Shown here piece after piece: positions 18,879 to 30,800 of a DNA stretch of 64,000 bases. Source of the stretch: an uncultured Elusimicrobia bacterium (GTDB lineage Bacteria > Elusimicrobiota > Elusimicrobia > 2-01-FULL-59-12); assembly GCA_963702895.1 (NCBI GenBank), contig OY969767.1:2368001-2432000 (forward strand). The letters run 5' to 3'. The translations under genes were made by a program, and so were the position numbers. How positions within the stretch are numbered: the first letter of the stretch is position 1; each line of letters opens with the position of its first letter. The notes beneath the pieces are model-generated. The model searched no databases, had not been told where the DNA came from, and saw only the letters and a list, made by a program, of their open reading frames with translations.

Positions 18879-21800
18879 TCAGGCGTTGGTAAGGAAGGCT
18901 TCGCGGAAGGAATTGAGTTCCTTGGAGAGCGAGAGGGCTTTCTTGTCGCCGGCTAGATCCGGGCGGTTGACCATGCGTTCGGCCACATGGACAAGGTCGT
19001 TGATCGTCGCGCGGCGGCGGCCCGCGCTTTGAGCGGCCTCCACGGTGCTTCCAACCGCTGCGGGCAGCTTAGCGACCTGTTCACTTCTGGCAGCCACATA
19101 GATCTCGGCGATCTTGATGATCCTCGACTCGTCTTCTTCGTTCGGGTTTAAGAGGTGCGCGAGCTCATGGCTTGCGGTCAACAACTTCATCCCGCTCGGC
19201 AGGAAAATATTAACTCTGCCCATGCGCCTAGCGGCAGCGGCATCCCCGAAATGGGTGAGTATTTTCCACCATGAAGCGGTCCGAGAGTCGCCCTCCCGAT
19301 CCTCGTAGCCGTAGGGAAGCAGGGAGATGGGATCCTGCCCCCGATCTTTCAAAATATGATTCAATCCCGCTTCAACGGCCCGCAGTTCCTTAAAAAGATG
19401 CTTCCGATGTTTCGGGGAAAGCGCCGCGCGCGCCATATTCACGGCCATCCCGGCCCAGCCCTTGACGGCCTGCCACAACCGAAAATGATCCAGAAGTTCT
19501 CCGGCGCTCAGGTGCTGGACTTCAGGCCTTGAGGAAGACGCCGCATCGTCTTGGACTGGAAGGTCGGCATCAAGATACGCGTTGACCTTGTCCAAAACCC
19601 GCTCCGCGAATTGATCCGCAGGGATCGTATTTCCTGTCGGAGGCGAACCGTCAGTAGGATAAATAACGTTATGGATGAGCCGCTGAAGCTGTCCGCTGAC
19701 TCTGGGTGCAGCTTCTCTGAGGCTCTCGCCATAGCTATCACTTCCAATGGCTCTTACAAATACGTCTTCCCAGTAATGAGAATCCTTTCCTACAAACGCG
19801 TTACGATGAAAGCGGGAGTGACCAGATGGATCACTAAGATGTGTTCTAGCGACATCCCATAAAATGTTCTCTTCCTGGGTGCGAGTGTCAGTGCGGGTGC
19901 CTGTCACGGCAGATGCGCTAGGTTTCGCCTTGGTGTCTGACACAACAGAGGCGCTAGGTTTCACCGTTGTGTCAGACGCCGGAGCAGATAGAGATCCTTT
20001 GTGATTAATCAATAAATACCCGCCTTCCACCAGCTCTATGACCTTAAATCCATTTTGCTCAAATGCGGGAAGAAGCCCTGGATGAGCATCTAGCATTCCG
20101 GTGGTCATCAGGAACCTGCCGCCATTGACTAAAATCCGCCGAATTTCTGTAGCGGCCGCTTGGTAAAAAGCCTCCGGTCCCTGATCGGCACCTCTTTGCA
20201 AGTCAAAGTATTCGTTGTTGAAAAGGGCAATGCTGATGGCAATATCGAATGAATTATCGCTAAATGGCATTTTCTGCACCTCGCCCTGAACATATGAGCT
20301 ATCTCCTCCTTTGGTTCGCCGCACGATAGGATCCAATCCAACAACCTTCACGCCAAGGCGATGCAAATAGGAGACGAGGTTCCCATCTGTTCGTGGTCCT
20401 GAGCCGATGTTCAAGATCCTGCTTTGGCGAAGACCATCGAGAGTCAATCTATTTTCTCCTGAGCTTTCGAACATGAGTTCTTCGAAAATGTCGATCTCTG
20501 TTGATTCTTCTCCAGTTTGGCGCGGCGGCAAACCGCCAAACGAGGGAGTGTCAATTCTGTCCCGATCCCCCGAACCCACTCTCGTTGTGCCAAGCACCGG
20601 TGCTTGAATCCGTCGGACGGCTGCCGGGGGGACGGTGTGGGTTGGAGTTGGCGGTTGAGTCGAAAACGCTATCATGGCAATGACGTCGTGGAGGTTCTTC
20701 CATTCCTCCCGGGTCAAGGACTGCCCTTGCGTGGCCATGCCCACGATATCGGACAACCAAAGTTGATCCACTTCGCATGCCAATCCTCCAATTCCGAGGA
20801 AGGATGGCAGATGCTCAAAAGGTGCGGAATGATAGAGAGCAGCTGGATCAATTTTCTCAGCAGAAAATTCCTCTACCTTTATCTCAAAACCATGGGCCTT
20901 AACATCCGCCCTTATTTTGTGGATAAGACTTTCGATGTCCCTTCTCGCGGATTTGTCCTTGGAGTTCGAACTTCTCACCAAAATCCGTTTAGGGGGGTGC
21001 TGGTCAAAAAAGATCGCGCGATAGACACGACCGTCAGAGAAGGTCTGGCCAATTTGAGGGGATGAAACTTTAAGGGCGTCCAATCGCGGGGAATCATTAT
21101 CAGGAAATTCAAAAACAATGTCTCCTGACTGGGAACCGAAGAGATCAAGAGGGAGCACTTCCCTTTGCGAAAAACGGATTAACCAGTCCTTATCGATTTG
21201 TGAAATTGGGCTGAATTTCATTAGACGTTTCGCCGCGTGCTTCATATTTTTCCAATCCCGTATGGCTTTCTGTGTTGTGAAGTCGATCTCGCGGAATATT
21301 TTTTCCCATCCCCTATCGCCAATGTTCTCAAGTACACTGGCCTGTTTGATCCAGGCGGCACGCAGCTGGTTCATCAAGGCGTTGTGACGTAGTACCCGTT
21401 TTGGTACAGGGACGGCGTCTCCCGACGCGGTCAGGTAGGCGGGAGTTTCGCCGCGGCGCTCACGCTCGGCTTCGGCCCGTTGATGGTCCTTGTGCGTGAG
21501 GACCTGCGCGAAATAACCAAGGGTCAGGACGGCGAGCGCGTTCGCGAGGCCGCCGAGCAGCCCCACCCAAAAACTTGAGGGGTCGGCATAGAGCCAACCG
21601 ATCACGCTCAGAACAGCCGTAGGGAGCATGATGGACCAGATGGCGATGAAGATCCTTTCTGCACCGTCACCTAGCCGTTCAGCTGCTTTTGGATATTGAT
21701 TTTGAGGAACGAACTTCTTCTCTTTCTCGTCGTAGATCTGGTGCTCGGCGACAAAGAGAAACGGCCGGACCATGAAGTTCCAGAACTCGGGAAGATAGTA

Positions 21801-24800
21801 AGGGGCAAAGTGGTGGTGGATCCAGTCGAGTTCATGATCCTTCAGCTCATTGCCCTTCCGCGTCATGTCCAGATACTTCTGATAGGTTTCAGTTGCTTCC
21901 AGCTTCGGGCGGTTCAGGCTGAAGAACCATCGCAAAAACGCCAGTCGCCCCATCCGCTTTCGGATCAATCCAGCCTTGTAGGTGTTGGGGTGCGTCAGGA
22001 AGGCAAGGCCGGGCTGCTTAGGGCCAAAGACAAGTCTCATATTTTCAAGCGGGGGACCGATGACCTTCTCATAAGCCGAACCCGCTGCCTTACGGATGTC
22101 AGCATCGGGCACGTGGGCTCTTCGCAGCGCCGTGAAAAACCGGGCGGCATCATGGATGCTCACAGGACCCGCAGACTGCGCAATCTCCCGGGCACCTAAA
22201 ATGTCACGGAGACCATCTTCACGAGCCAGAAGGCGAAAGACGGCGCTTGCGACATCGATGTGCTCTTGTTTGGCATCCGGCCCCCCGGCCTTTTTCAAGT
22301 CCTCCAGGTGCCGCAGGAGATCCCAATAAGGATTGTCCGCAAATGCCAAGCCTCCCAAATAAGCGTCCAATTCGCTTGGCAGAGAGTCGCCAGGGGCGGT
22401 TGGTCTCAAGCTTCCGACCCGATCGAGCATGTTACGCCAGAAATGGAGAAACTCATGCTCACGGACGGTTTCCCAGTGTTTTCTGGCGGCCTCACTTTGG
22501 GTGATGCCGCCAAAGGTTTCCAACAGGACATCGCGAGCGATCTTGCTATCGACGCCAAACTTGTCTTTCAGCTCCGCATCGGGCGTATCAAGCAATCTAC
22601 GGTGAGTGGTAGCCGCTACGGGAACGACCCCTTCGTCAATAATGACGGCTTGTTGGTACTGAAGCAAGAAGCCGGTGACATTTCTGCGCTGTCCACTCAC
22701 CAGGCGAGCTGGAATAACCTGCACCAGCCATCGCATGTCATCTCCGCTGATCTCAAAGAACTGGATGCGGCTCTTCTGGAACGAGTAGTAATTGACCCTC
22801 AGCGGTCCTCCCGAATTTTGCCACTCGCATACAAATCCCATACGTTCAAGGTCGTCATTCAACTGAGACATCGCCTTCCCAATCAACGTGGTTCCTTCTT
22901 TGCTATGTTTTTCCGCCCAGGCTTTCACAATATCTTTGGCGTTTTTCGGCAGCTCCTTCGCGTCTTCCAGAATTATTTTCATGTCGAAAATTCCGGTCGT
23001 ATCCGGGATTCGCTCGCTGGCTGCCGGAGGACGACCAGCCGCGGGAGCGCCATGAAACGCGTCTTGAACCGGCGACGCCGCAATCAGGAACATGCCCAGA
23101 ACCACCGGCTGCAGCAATCCCAAGAAGACCCTTGGGATGGTTCTTCTCTTGGCCTTTGGCCCGGCCGAGCCTAAAGCCGCGCTGACCGCTTGCCGCATCG
23201 TGTCGAGAGAGCAAGGTTTTTCAACCAGCTTGATGTCAGGGTGCGTGAGTGCGAATTCCACATCCTTGAGGATGTCGTTGTTCCCGGTAAATAAGATGGC
23301 GCGCATCCCCGGCTGGATGCTTCGAACCTGTTGAATGAGTTCTTCCCCGACCATGGCTGGTTGGCCTTGAGCTGAGAGATCCCTGTCGGTGATGATGAGA
23401 GAAAAATATCCCGGTCCAAAGTCTTTGAGCTTTCTTAAAGCATCTTCAGCGCTGTTGGCTGTGACGACTTCGTACCCCTGGTCCGACAGATCTTCCCCAT
23501 ACGAATCAAGGTTGCCCTTCTCATTATCCACGAGCAGAATTCTTCCCTGGGTTGCGGCCTGGGTGGTCGGGGCCGGGGCCTCACCCGGCGAAGCCGTAGA
23601 GTCAGAGGCGACGATGCTTGCTACGACTGGTGTGTTAACATCCCTTCCAATGCCCTCCCCGCTTTGAATGGGGACGATGTAAGGTCTGCGAACCAAACTT
23701 AAGACGTGATCCTGATTCTCCGGATTCACCCAGCTCACTAGACCTTGGCGAACAAAATCCGGCGGATGGGGATCAAAGAGAGGGTCACCCACGAACCAGG
23801 CTGGCGGTTTTGGCAAAGACGATCGGTAGCGTTCGAACTGGTCAAAAATAGCGGGCACTTCTTCTTTCGCCCTGACTCCTGCATCGGACAGCTTGGTGTC
23901 GAAGCTCAGCAGAGCTCCGATCATATCGCAGCGGACTTCGATCTCGTTCCTCAAGCGATCCGACAGCCCTTTATCGACGAGCAGAATGGATGTGAATGCC
24001 GCGTCCCCTTGCAGAATATGCCCCAGTTCATGGCCAATAATGAAGGCCCGCTGCGGCGGTGTCAGCGTCTTCAGAAAACCCGTGTTCAACAGAATGACCG
24101 GCATCTCGGACAACGAGGCATCATCAAACAAAACGGATCCAAAGGTTGGCGCGTCATCCGCTACGATAATGGTCGTCCTTAAAAGACGTTCCCTGATATG
24201 GGGTGGTATGTCCTGCATCTCAGCCCAGCGATCGCAAGCTCGCTTGAAAATGGCTTCCGCTTCCGCTGTCGCCGCTGGGTTGCGGCGCAGCCCGTGTAAA
24301 AACTTTCGGGCATCCGGCGGCGTGTTGTCCGCCGGCGCACTCTGGGGGGTTGCGGCGCCGGCCGGCGCGATAGCGGTAGCGACTGTTTCGGGGTTGTCCG
24401 GTTTGGTGGCGCGGAGCAGGTAGTAATCCGGGTGCGTGCCGTAGGCGGAGAGCGGGATAAGACGCACGTTCTCGAGGCCGACTTGGCGCAGATCTTCACT
24501 CACATCTTCGGGCTGATCCCCGCGATACTCATAGAACCACCCCAGCGACGAGACAGACAAGATGGAGCGCGTGCCATAGCTCGCGATAAAGATCCGGCCG
24601 CCTGGCTTTAAGACGCGCGCAGCCTCGCGCAAGGCCTGCTGGCGGTCCGGCATATGGCCGAGGCTTTCAAAGAGAAAGACCGCGTCAAATGTGTTATCAC
24701 CAAAGGGTGCCTCCCTGCCATCAGCCCGCGCAAGTCTCCCCTGCATACCATTCTTCTTTGCTTTTTGGAGCTGATGCTCTGACAGGTCAATGCCAAAGAA

Positions 24801-27800
24801 GGAAGACACGATTCCTTTTCGCTGAAGGAATTTTTTAATGAACAACTCTTTTCGACCCGTACCAACGCCGATCGAGAGCACTTTTGAGTTTGGACCGATC
24901 GACCCCCCGATGTGCGAAGCCATTTCTTCGTACTGAGACATTCGTCCTGCGAGCCGGTTGAGAAGTCCGAAGGATATGCCGTCGAGTGTGCTGAATATGA
25001 GGGTAAGACGATGCCACGGGGATGAATAGGCTCGCTGGATGCGTGCCGGAGTGCTGTCGCGGAATGGGGTGCTATGCGCGTCAGATGCTCTTGGGTTCTC
25101 CTCACTGGAGCCGCCGGACGCGGGGCTTCTGCTCCGAGTTCTCTCCCGGATATTGCGCCAACCCCGGCGGATGATCTCGGTCATTCTCGTGATTTCAGTA
25201 TCAGTCAGCATATAGACTCTCTGTACATCTGCTATTTCTTGCTTCGTCAAATCCCCGCCCCGCTGCAGAGTCTCAAGCCATCCGAGGAGCGTCCCAAGCA
25301 GTTGGCCGTATTGATCCATGAACTGCTTAAAGCAAAGTTCAATGTTCTGTCTATCTTCAGGAGAGAGGTCGTATGCTTGCAGTGTTGTTTTGACATTGGT
25401 GAGGATTCGAGCTGTCGTCGATTTTTCGCCTTGATAGGGTTTTTTAATCTCATCGGCTAAAACGCCAGCAATCGACCTTCCTTGAACTTGGATTCTGGGG
25501 TACAAGCGAGCATCAGTAAGCGCTCGCTGAATTCTTCTTTCGAGCTCAACATTCGCCGCCTCCGCTACCGCATCAAGAAGATCCCGCATTTCAAGTTTGA
25601 TCGCGCTTGGCTCCCTCGCCTCAGGCTCCGGCAGGCTCCGGCGGGCGATGGCTTCAGCGCGCTTCCGGTCACTTATGATCGCGGCCTGCTTGTTTTGTTC
25701 AAGGATTGCCTTGTGGACGAGATCCTGCTTATCGCTGGGCTTCTTGTCGGGTTCAATGAGTTTAAATCCAACACCTTGACCTTGCGCGTGAGCAATGTTC
25801 TCCTCCTGCCACGCTTGAACCACATCAAGTTGATCGAGGGCGGTATTGACGCCTTCGTCGGTATAGACCTTCACCGCCGCGTTCAGGTGGACTTGAATGC
25901 CTTCCAGGAGCAGGGAGGGAGTTGGGTTGGGGGTGTTGGGTGCGCCATTGAGCGTGGTTTGAGCTTTTACGACGGCGGCCTTAAGCTGCTCTCGCAAATC
26001 AGTAAGTTGATTTTCCGAAAGCTCGTGTCCCTTGGCAGGCACGATCGCGAAGAACACGGTATCTGGAGGACCGCGGGCGAACCAGAGTTCTCCTTGAAAA
26101 TCGGGCAGTTTTTCGAAGGCTTCCGCCAAGGCCTGATGGGTCACGGTGCGATCGGCGAGGATGACCTGGTCAAAGGCATGCGCTTTGCCCCAACTGGCGA
26201 TGCTTTTGCCTCCCATCCACACGGGCCCCTGCGGATCGGATCGGTCGATATGAACGCGCCGTCCAGTATCTGCCGGCACCCCGAGGGAGTCTCTCAGGGA
26301 ATAGTTGAATTGAATCGAGCCGATGACGAAGGGAGCCTTATAAAGGCCAAAAAAGCTCCACAGACGAATAACGATCTGCCGAAAGGGCTCCGGCAGGTAC
26401 GATTTATCCCGATGCGCGAGTTCCTGGTGGAGCTCTTCCTTAGTTCCGAAATGCACGATGCGGCCTTTTGCGGGCTGAAGCAAGGGGATCGCGGCGTTGG
26501 TCCCTTTTTGAGCCAGCAGCTCATCAATCTGATCCGCCTGCGGGTGATGGCGATTGAGGGCATCTTTCGACCCCTTTGCCGAGGGAAGCTGATCAACTTT
26601 GGGGTCATAGACGACCACGGCATCTTTGATATTGTTCTGGATAGTCTTTGCTCTTTCCAGAGCAAGTCCGGCGAGGTCGCGCGCGTGCTTGAATCGCGCT
26701 CGCGGATGATTGAGATCTTCGCGTTCGGATTCAGGTGTATTTTTTTGTCGCTCCCGAATCTCAATTTCGTAAGTACGGACATGGTTTGCCGACACAATCC
26801 CCGCCGAAACGGTCATGGGGGTCAGGTCCGGGTGGGGGTTGTTCTCATTTGAACCAAATATTCTCCGTACTTGGTTGACCTTTTTCTCTATCTCCTGAGG
26901 GGTTCCGCGGATCACGAACGCCCGTTCATCGCCACCCACCCGTCCACCCACGGCTTTCCCAAGCTCCTGCATGAGCAAGCGCTCAAAACGATCGTAATAA
27001 TCTTGGTTCACGACTGGTTTGGTCAGGAGGTCGTTTTTCTCCCTCCCAAAGTCAAAATCGAAAATGACGAAGGACCAAGAGGCCGGCTCGGGAGTCATCG
27101 CTTCCCCCAGGCGTGCTTCCATGCTCGGCGTTCGGGTCATCGCCCACACGTCGTAGCCGAGATGGATGAGACCAGCAAAGAAAGCGGCAATTACGTAAAG
27201 GAGGGGGTACTGGCCGGGAACGAAGGAAATCGCGAAATAGGGCAGGAGAAAGACAAATTGCCTGGCAAACTGCTTCAGATTTTCGCCAAGCGTCCCGCGC
27301 GGCCGGTGGGGTTCAAACTGTTGGAGAATGAGATGCAAGGCCACCCAGCCCGCCAGGACCCCCAGGAGAGCCACATGCATTGGCCCTTGATCGAACTGGA
27401 TGCTGGCGGCGAACAAGAGAGGGATCTCCGCCACCAGCCCCAACAACCCCATCTTGCGGGCGGTGGATTCCCGAACCCGGAACACCGATTTGCCCAGCCC
27501 ATAGCCGATCGCGTTGGCCCCTGGGCCACCGGTGCCGGAGGGGCGGCCGGACATATCCGTTCCATCCGGAGGGACCGTCCCCATCGGGTGAAATGGGAGG
27601 ATATGAGCTCCCACTGTTCTTGAGGAGCGTGAGGGGCTTGGTTGTTCGTGCGCGGAAGGCATCTGGATAGGTGGGGCATCACCAGCACGCCGGAAGCGAA
27701 CGTCCACTCCGGAAAGGCCGTCCAAGCCCTTTTTGAGATCTTCTGGGAAGCTCTCCCAGGCTTCGGTTTTGACGTCGACCCATAGCACGGACTTTTCAGG

Positions 27801-30800
27801 GTCGAATTGAATCCTCTGAAATGGATTTTCTTTAAGTGGATGGGGAGACCAGTCCTTATCCCCTATGAGGTCATTCGCACGCGCGAATCTGAGTTCTTTC
27901 CCCCTCTGATCCCACTCAATGAAGAGATAGCTTTCATCACGATGTTGCAACACGATGTTGGTGTTCCCGTGGGCATCCAAGTGGATATCAGGGAATTTCT
28001 TATCCTCGAGGCTTGGGACGTCGTAGACTGCGCCGTAGAAGGTTCCGCGTTTGTAGCTAGACGCCCAATCCGCGAGATTGCCGAGGATATTCACGTCACG
28101 TTTCAGTTGTTGGAACGCGAGGTCCTCGAGGAGGCGCCCGCTGGTGAGGAAATCGAACAAGCTGTGGCTGGCGGCGATCATTGCCGTCGAAGCGATGATC
28201 GCAAGAGGGGAAGGTGTCAATTGAAGAAACGGGACAGCGGGAACTGCGGCAAAACCATACAATCCAAAAATCAATGCAGGTATGATGCTCTGAACAAGGC
28301 CACGCCCAAAGGCGTTGGCCAAGCGGGGGAAAAAGCTCAAGTCATCCCGGGCACGGTAGTTCGCGATGATGGCAAGCGGCACATGCGCAAATCCCAATCC
28401 CCACAGCGCGTAGGACAGCCAGCCCAGCGGATGCAGGAGGGAGACGCCGATCAACACGGTTGCGATCGAAGCTTCCGCGAGGCCTCCCCATTTCCCCAGG
28501 CTCCGCACCCGTTCGGAGTTGGCGTCCTTTCCCCAGGCGAGCGCCAGCCACATAGGCAACGACGCCGCGCCGCTCGGACCAGAACGCACCCTTCGTCCGC
28601 GGTTTGTGTGCTCCTGTGGAGTTAAGAGGGAAGAACTGCTGATTAGATTCTCTTTAGCGACCGGCGCCGTGCTCCAGAGAGGGTTGTCTACAAAAACCGG
28701 AGTGCCTCTATCGCCCCGCACGCAGATGATTCGGCCGTACGAGAGCTCACTCTTAACTCTACTCCCCACAATTTTCTGCGGTATCCAACTCACACCTTCC
28801 GGACCAGCCGTCAGCGCGTAAACGGTTATTAACTTAACACGTCTATCCGTTTGATTGGTTGAGTACCCTAAAGCCTCGTACGCGTCCAATTTGGCAAAGG
28901 GCCGGAGTTTCGGATGCAGCATCCACTTCCCATTCCTCTGTTGCGCATCCGTAACAAAATAAACAACATGACCAATCAAGGGCTTAAGATTCTTCCACGG
29001 GATTAGCCAAGTGCCTGGCTTCTTCTCTGATTTCTTGCTGGTCGGCTTGCGCCCTTTCCTGCCGGAGCCCGGTTGTTCGTCGATCGGCGGCCCATGCACT
29101 TGGACCATCTGCCGATCCGACATGGGCTTCGCAGCAGGGTGTTTACCCACATGCCAGCCCTCCCCAAATTGAGGTGCACCCAGCTTGAGCGGGGGGGTGG
29201 GGGTGACGGAGGTAGCCGGCGCGGCGGGCCCGCCCGCCGTCAGCGCGGCGCCGTCGTTGGCGTGAGCCTCGTTGTAGAACGTGTGAGCCAAGACGTTAGC
29301 GTGGTCGCCGCCCAGGCGATGCCCAAGCCCCGCGGAGAGAGCCGTCAGGATAGCCTCAGTCAGGAGGGACAAGAGGAAGATGTCAAGGGAGAACATCGTG
29401 CCGTGAAACGATTGGCTGAAAGCCATCCCCAGAGGCAGCACCGCGAGCGCCAACCCCGCCCCCACAGCCAGGCCCGCGAGGAGCCCCTGCCGGGCGCCGG
29501 CGCGGCCGGCTGCCACAATGCCACGCATCCCCTGACCGCGGGCGCGCCGGATTCTTTGCTCCACAGCCGTGTCGTTCAGTTTCCATGAATCAGGATGCAC
29601 TTGGCGATAGGCTTGGATATCCTGCTGGCTGACCAAATGGTCGTCCACAAAATCCTGAGCGCACTGCGCATTGCGGAAATGGCGTCTTTCAAACCAAGGG
29701 GCGAAATCTTCTTCAATTTTCCGCCGCTCCTCTGGCGTGAGCTGCCACTTGATGGGCTTCATCATATCGCCAAGAACGAGGCGAGTCTCTTTCTCGATCG
29801 CGACGCGCCGGGACGTCCACCCCAGGGCGCGATAGAGGCGCCACCGCAGGTAGATTGGTTCCCCCAGCCGGTACAGGATCGCCCCCGCCAGATAGGTGTC
29901 CGGATGCGTCAGCGCGTCGCCGGCCGGCGGAGCGGGGGTGTCCTCGGTATCGCGTTTCGGGTTGGTAGCGGGCAAGGCATCAGGTGAGGTCTGCTCCAAA
30001 GACACACGAGGCCGCTCCGTTTGGTCAGACTCCTTCATCCCGACTACTTTCTTCAAATTATCTTTAAGGTTGTTGGCGTTAAGGAGATTTGCCTGAACAC
30101 GATTCCTATCTGCGATTTCGTCTTCGATATTAACGAATTCGGTCCGTGAGAGGCGGCGTTCAAGCCCGGCTATTTCCTCTTGATTCCACTTTTCCAGCAG
30201 GCTAAAGTTTTTCGGTTCTTCGCGTTTCAATTCCGAAAGCGCTTGAACTTGATGATCAGCGCTTAAGTACTTTAATAGGTTTGATAGATGGAAGAGATAT
30301 TCGTCGTTCCAATCCGGCCGCGCGTGGGTAAATTCGTCATAAATAAACGCGGGGTCAATTAATTGAATGCGGCCGGAGGCGCTGACGAAATATTGAAAAT
30401 CACCTGTGATTCGCATCCCAACAGATTCAAAACGTCGATGAATCTCCCTTAAATCATTGATCGTTTGTGGAGTTAGCTTCTTTGCCATGACCTCAGGCAT
30501 ATCGCCCGGGGTTATATCAACGACGATGTTCCATCGGCGATCGCGATCTCTGTCTTTGCCGTGCGCCTCGGGACCGACCCCCAGCCGTTGATTCAACAAT
30601 GCGCCACGAAAATCCCGCAGCAACTGTGCTTCGAGTTGATTGGGCGAAAGGGGATGCGATGGATAACTCGTAATCACGGCGACTGGCCTGCCATCAGCCA
30701 AATAACCGAGTCGAACGAGACCCCCTGAGCCGCTGTCAATCCGGCTAACCAGAAAGACATCTTTCTCCGGCATGACCACCTTGCTTTGTGGGATGTCTTC

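Noticed and set aside
25482..26852. 456-aa plus-strand ORF and similar ORFs opposite the giant gene
   Set aside because: Antisense shadows without motifs
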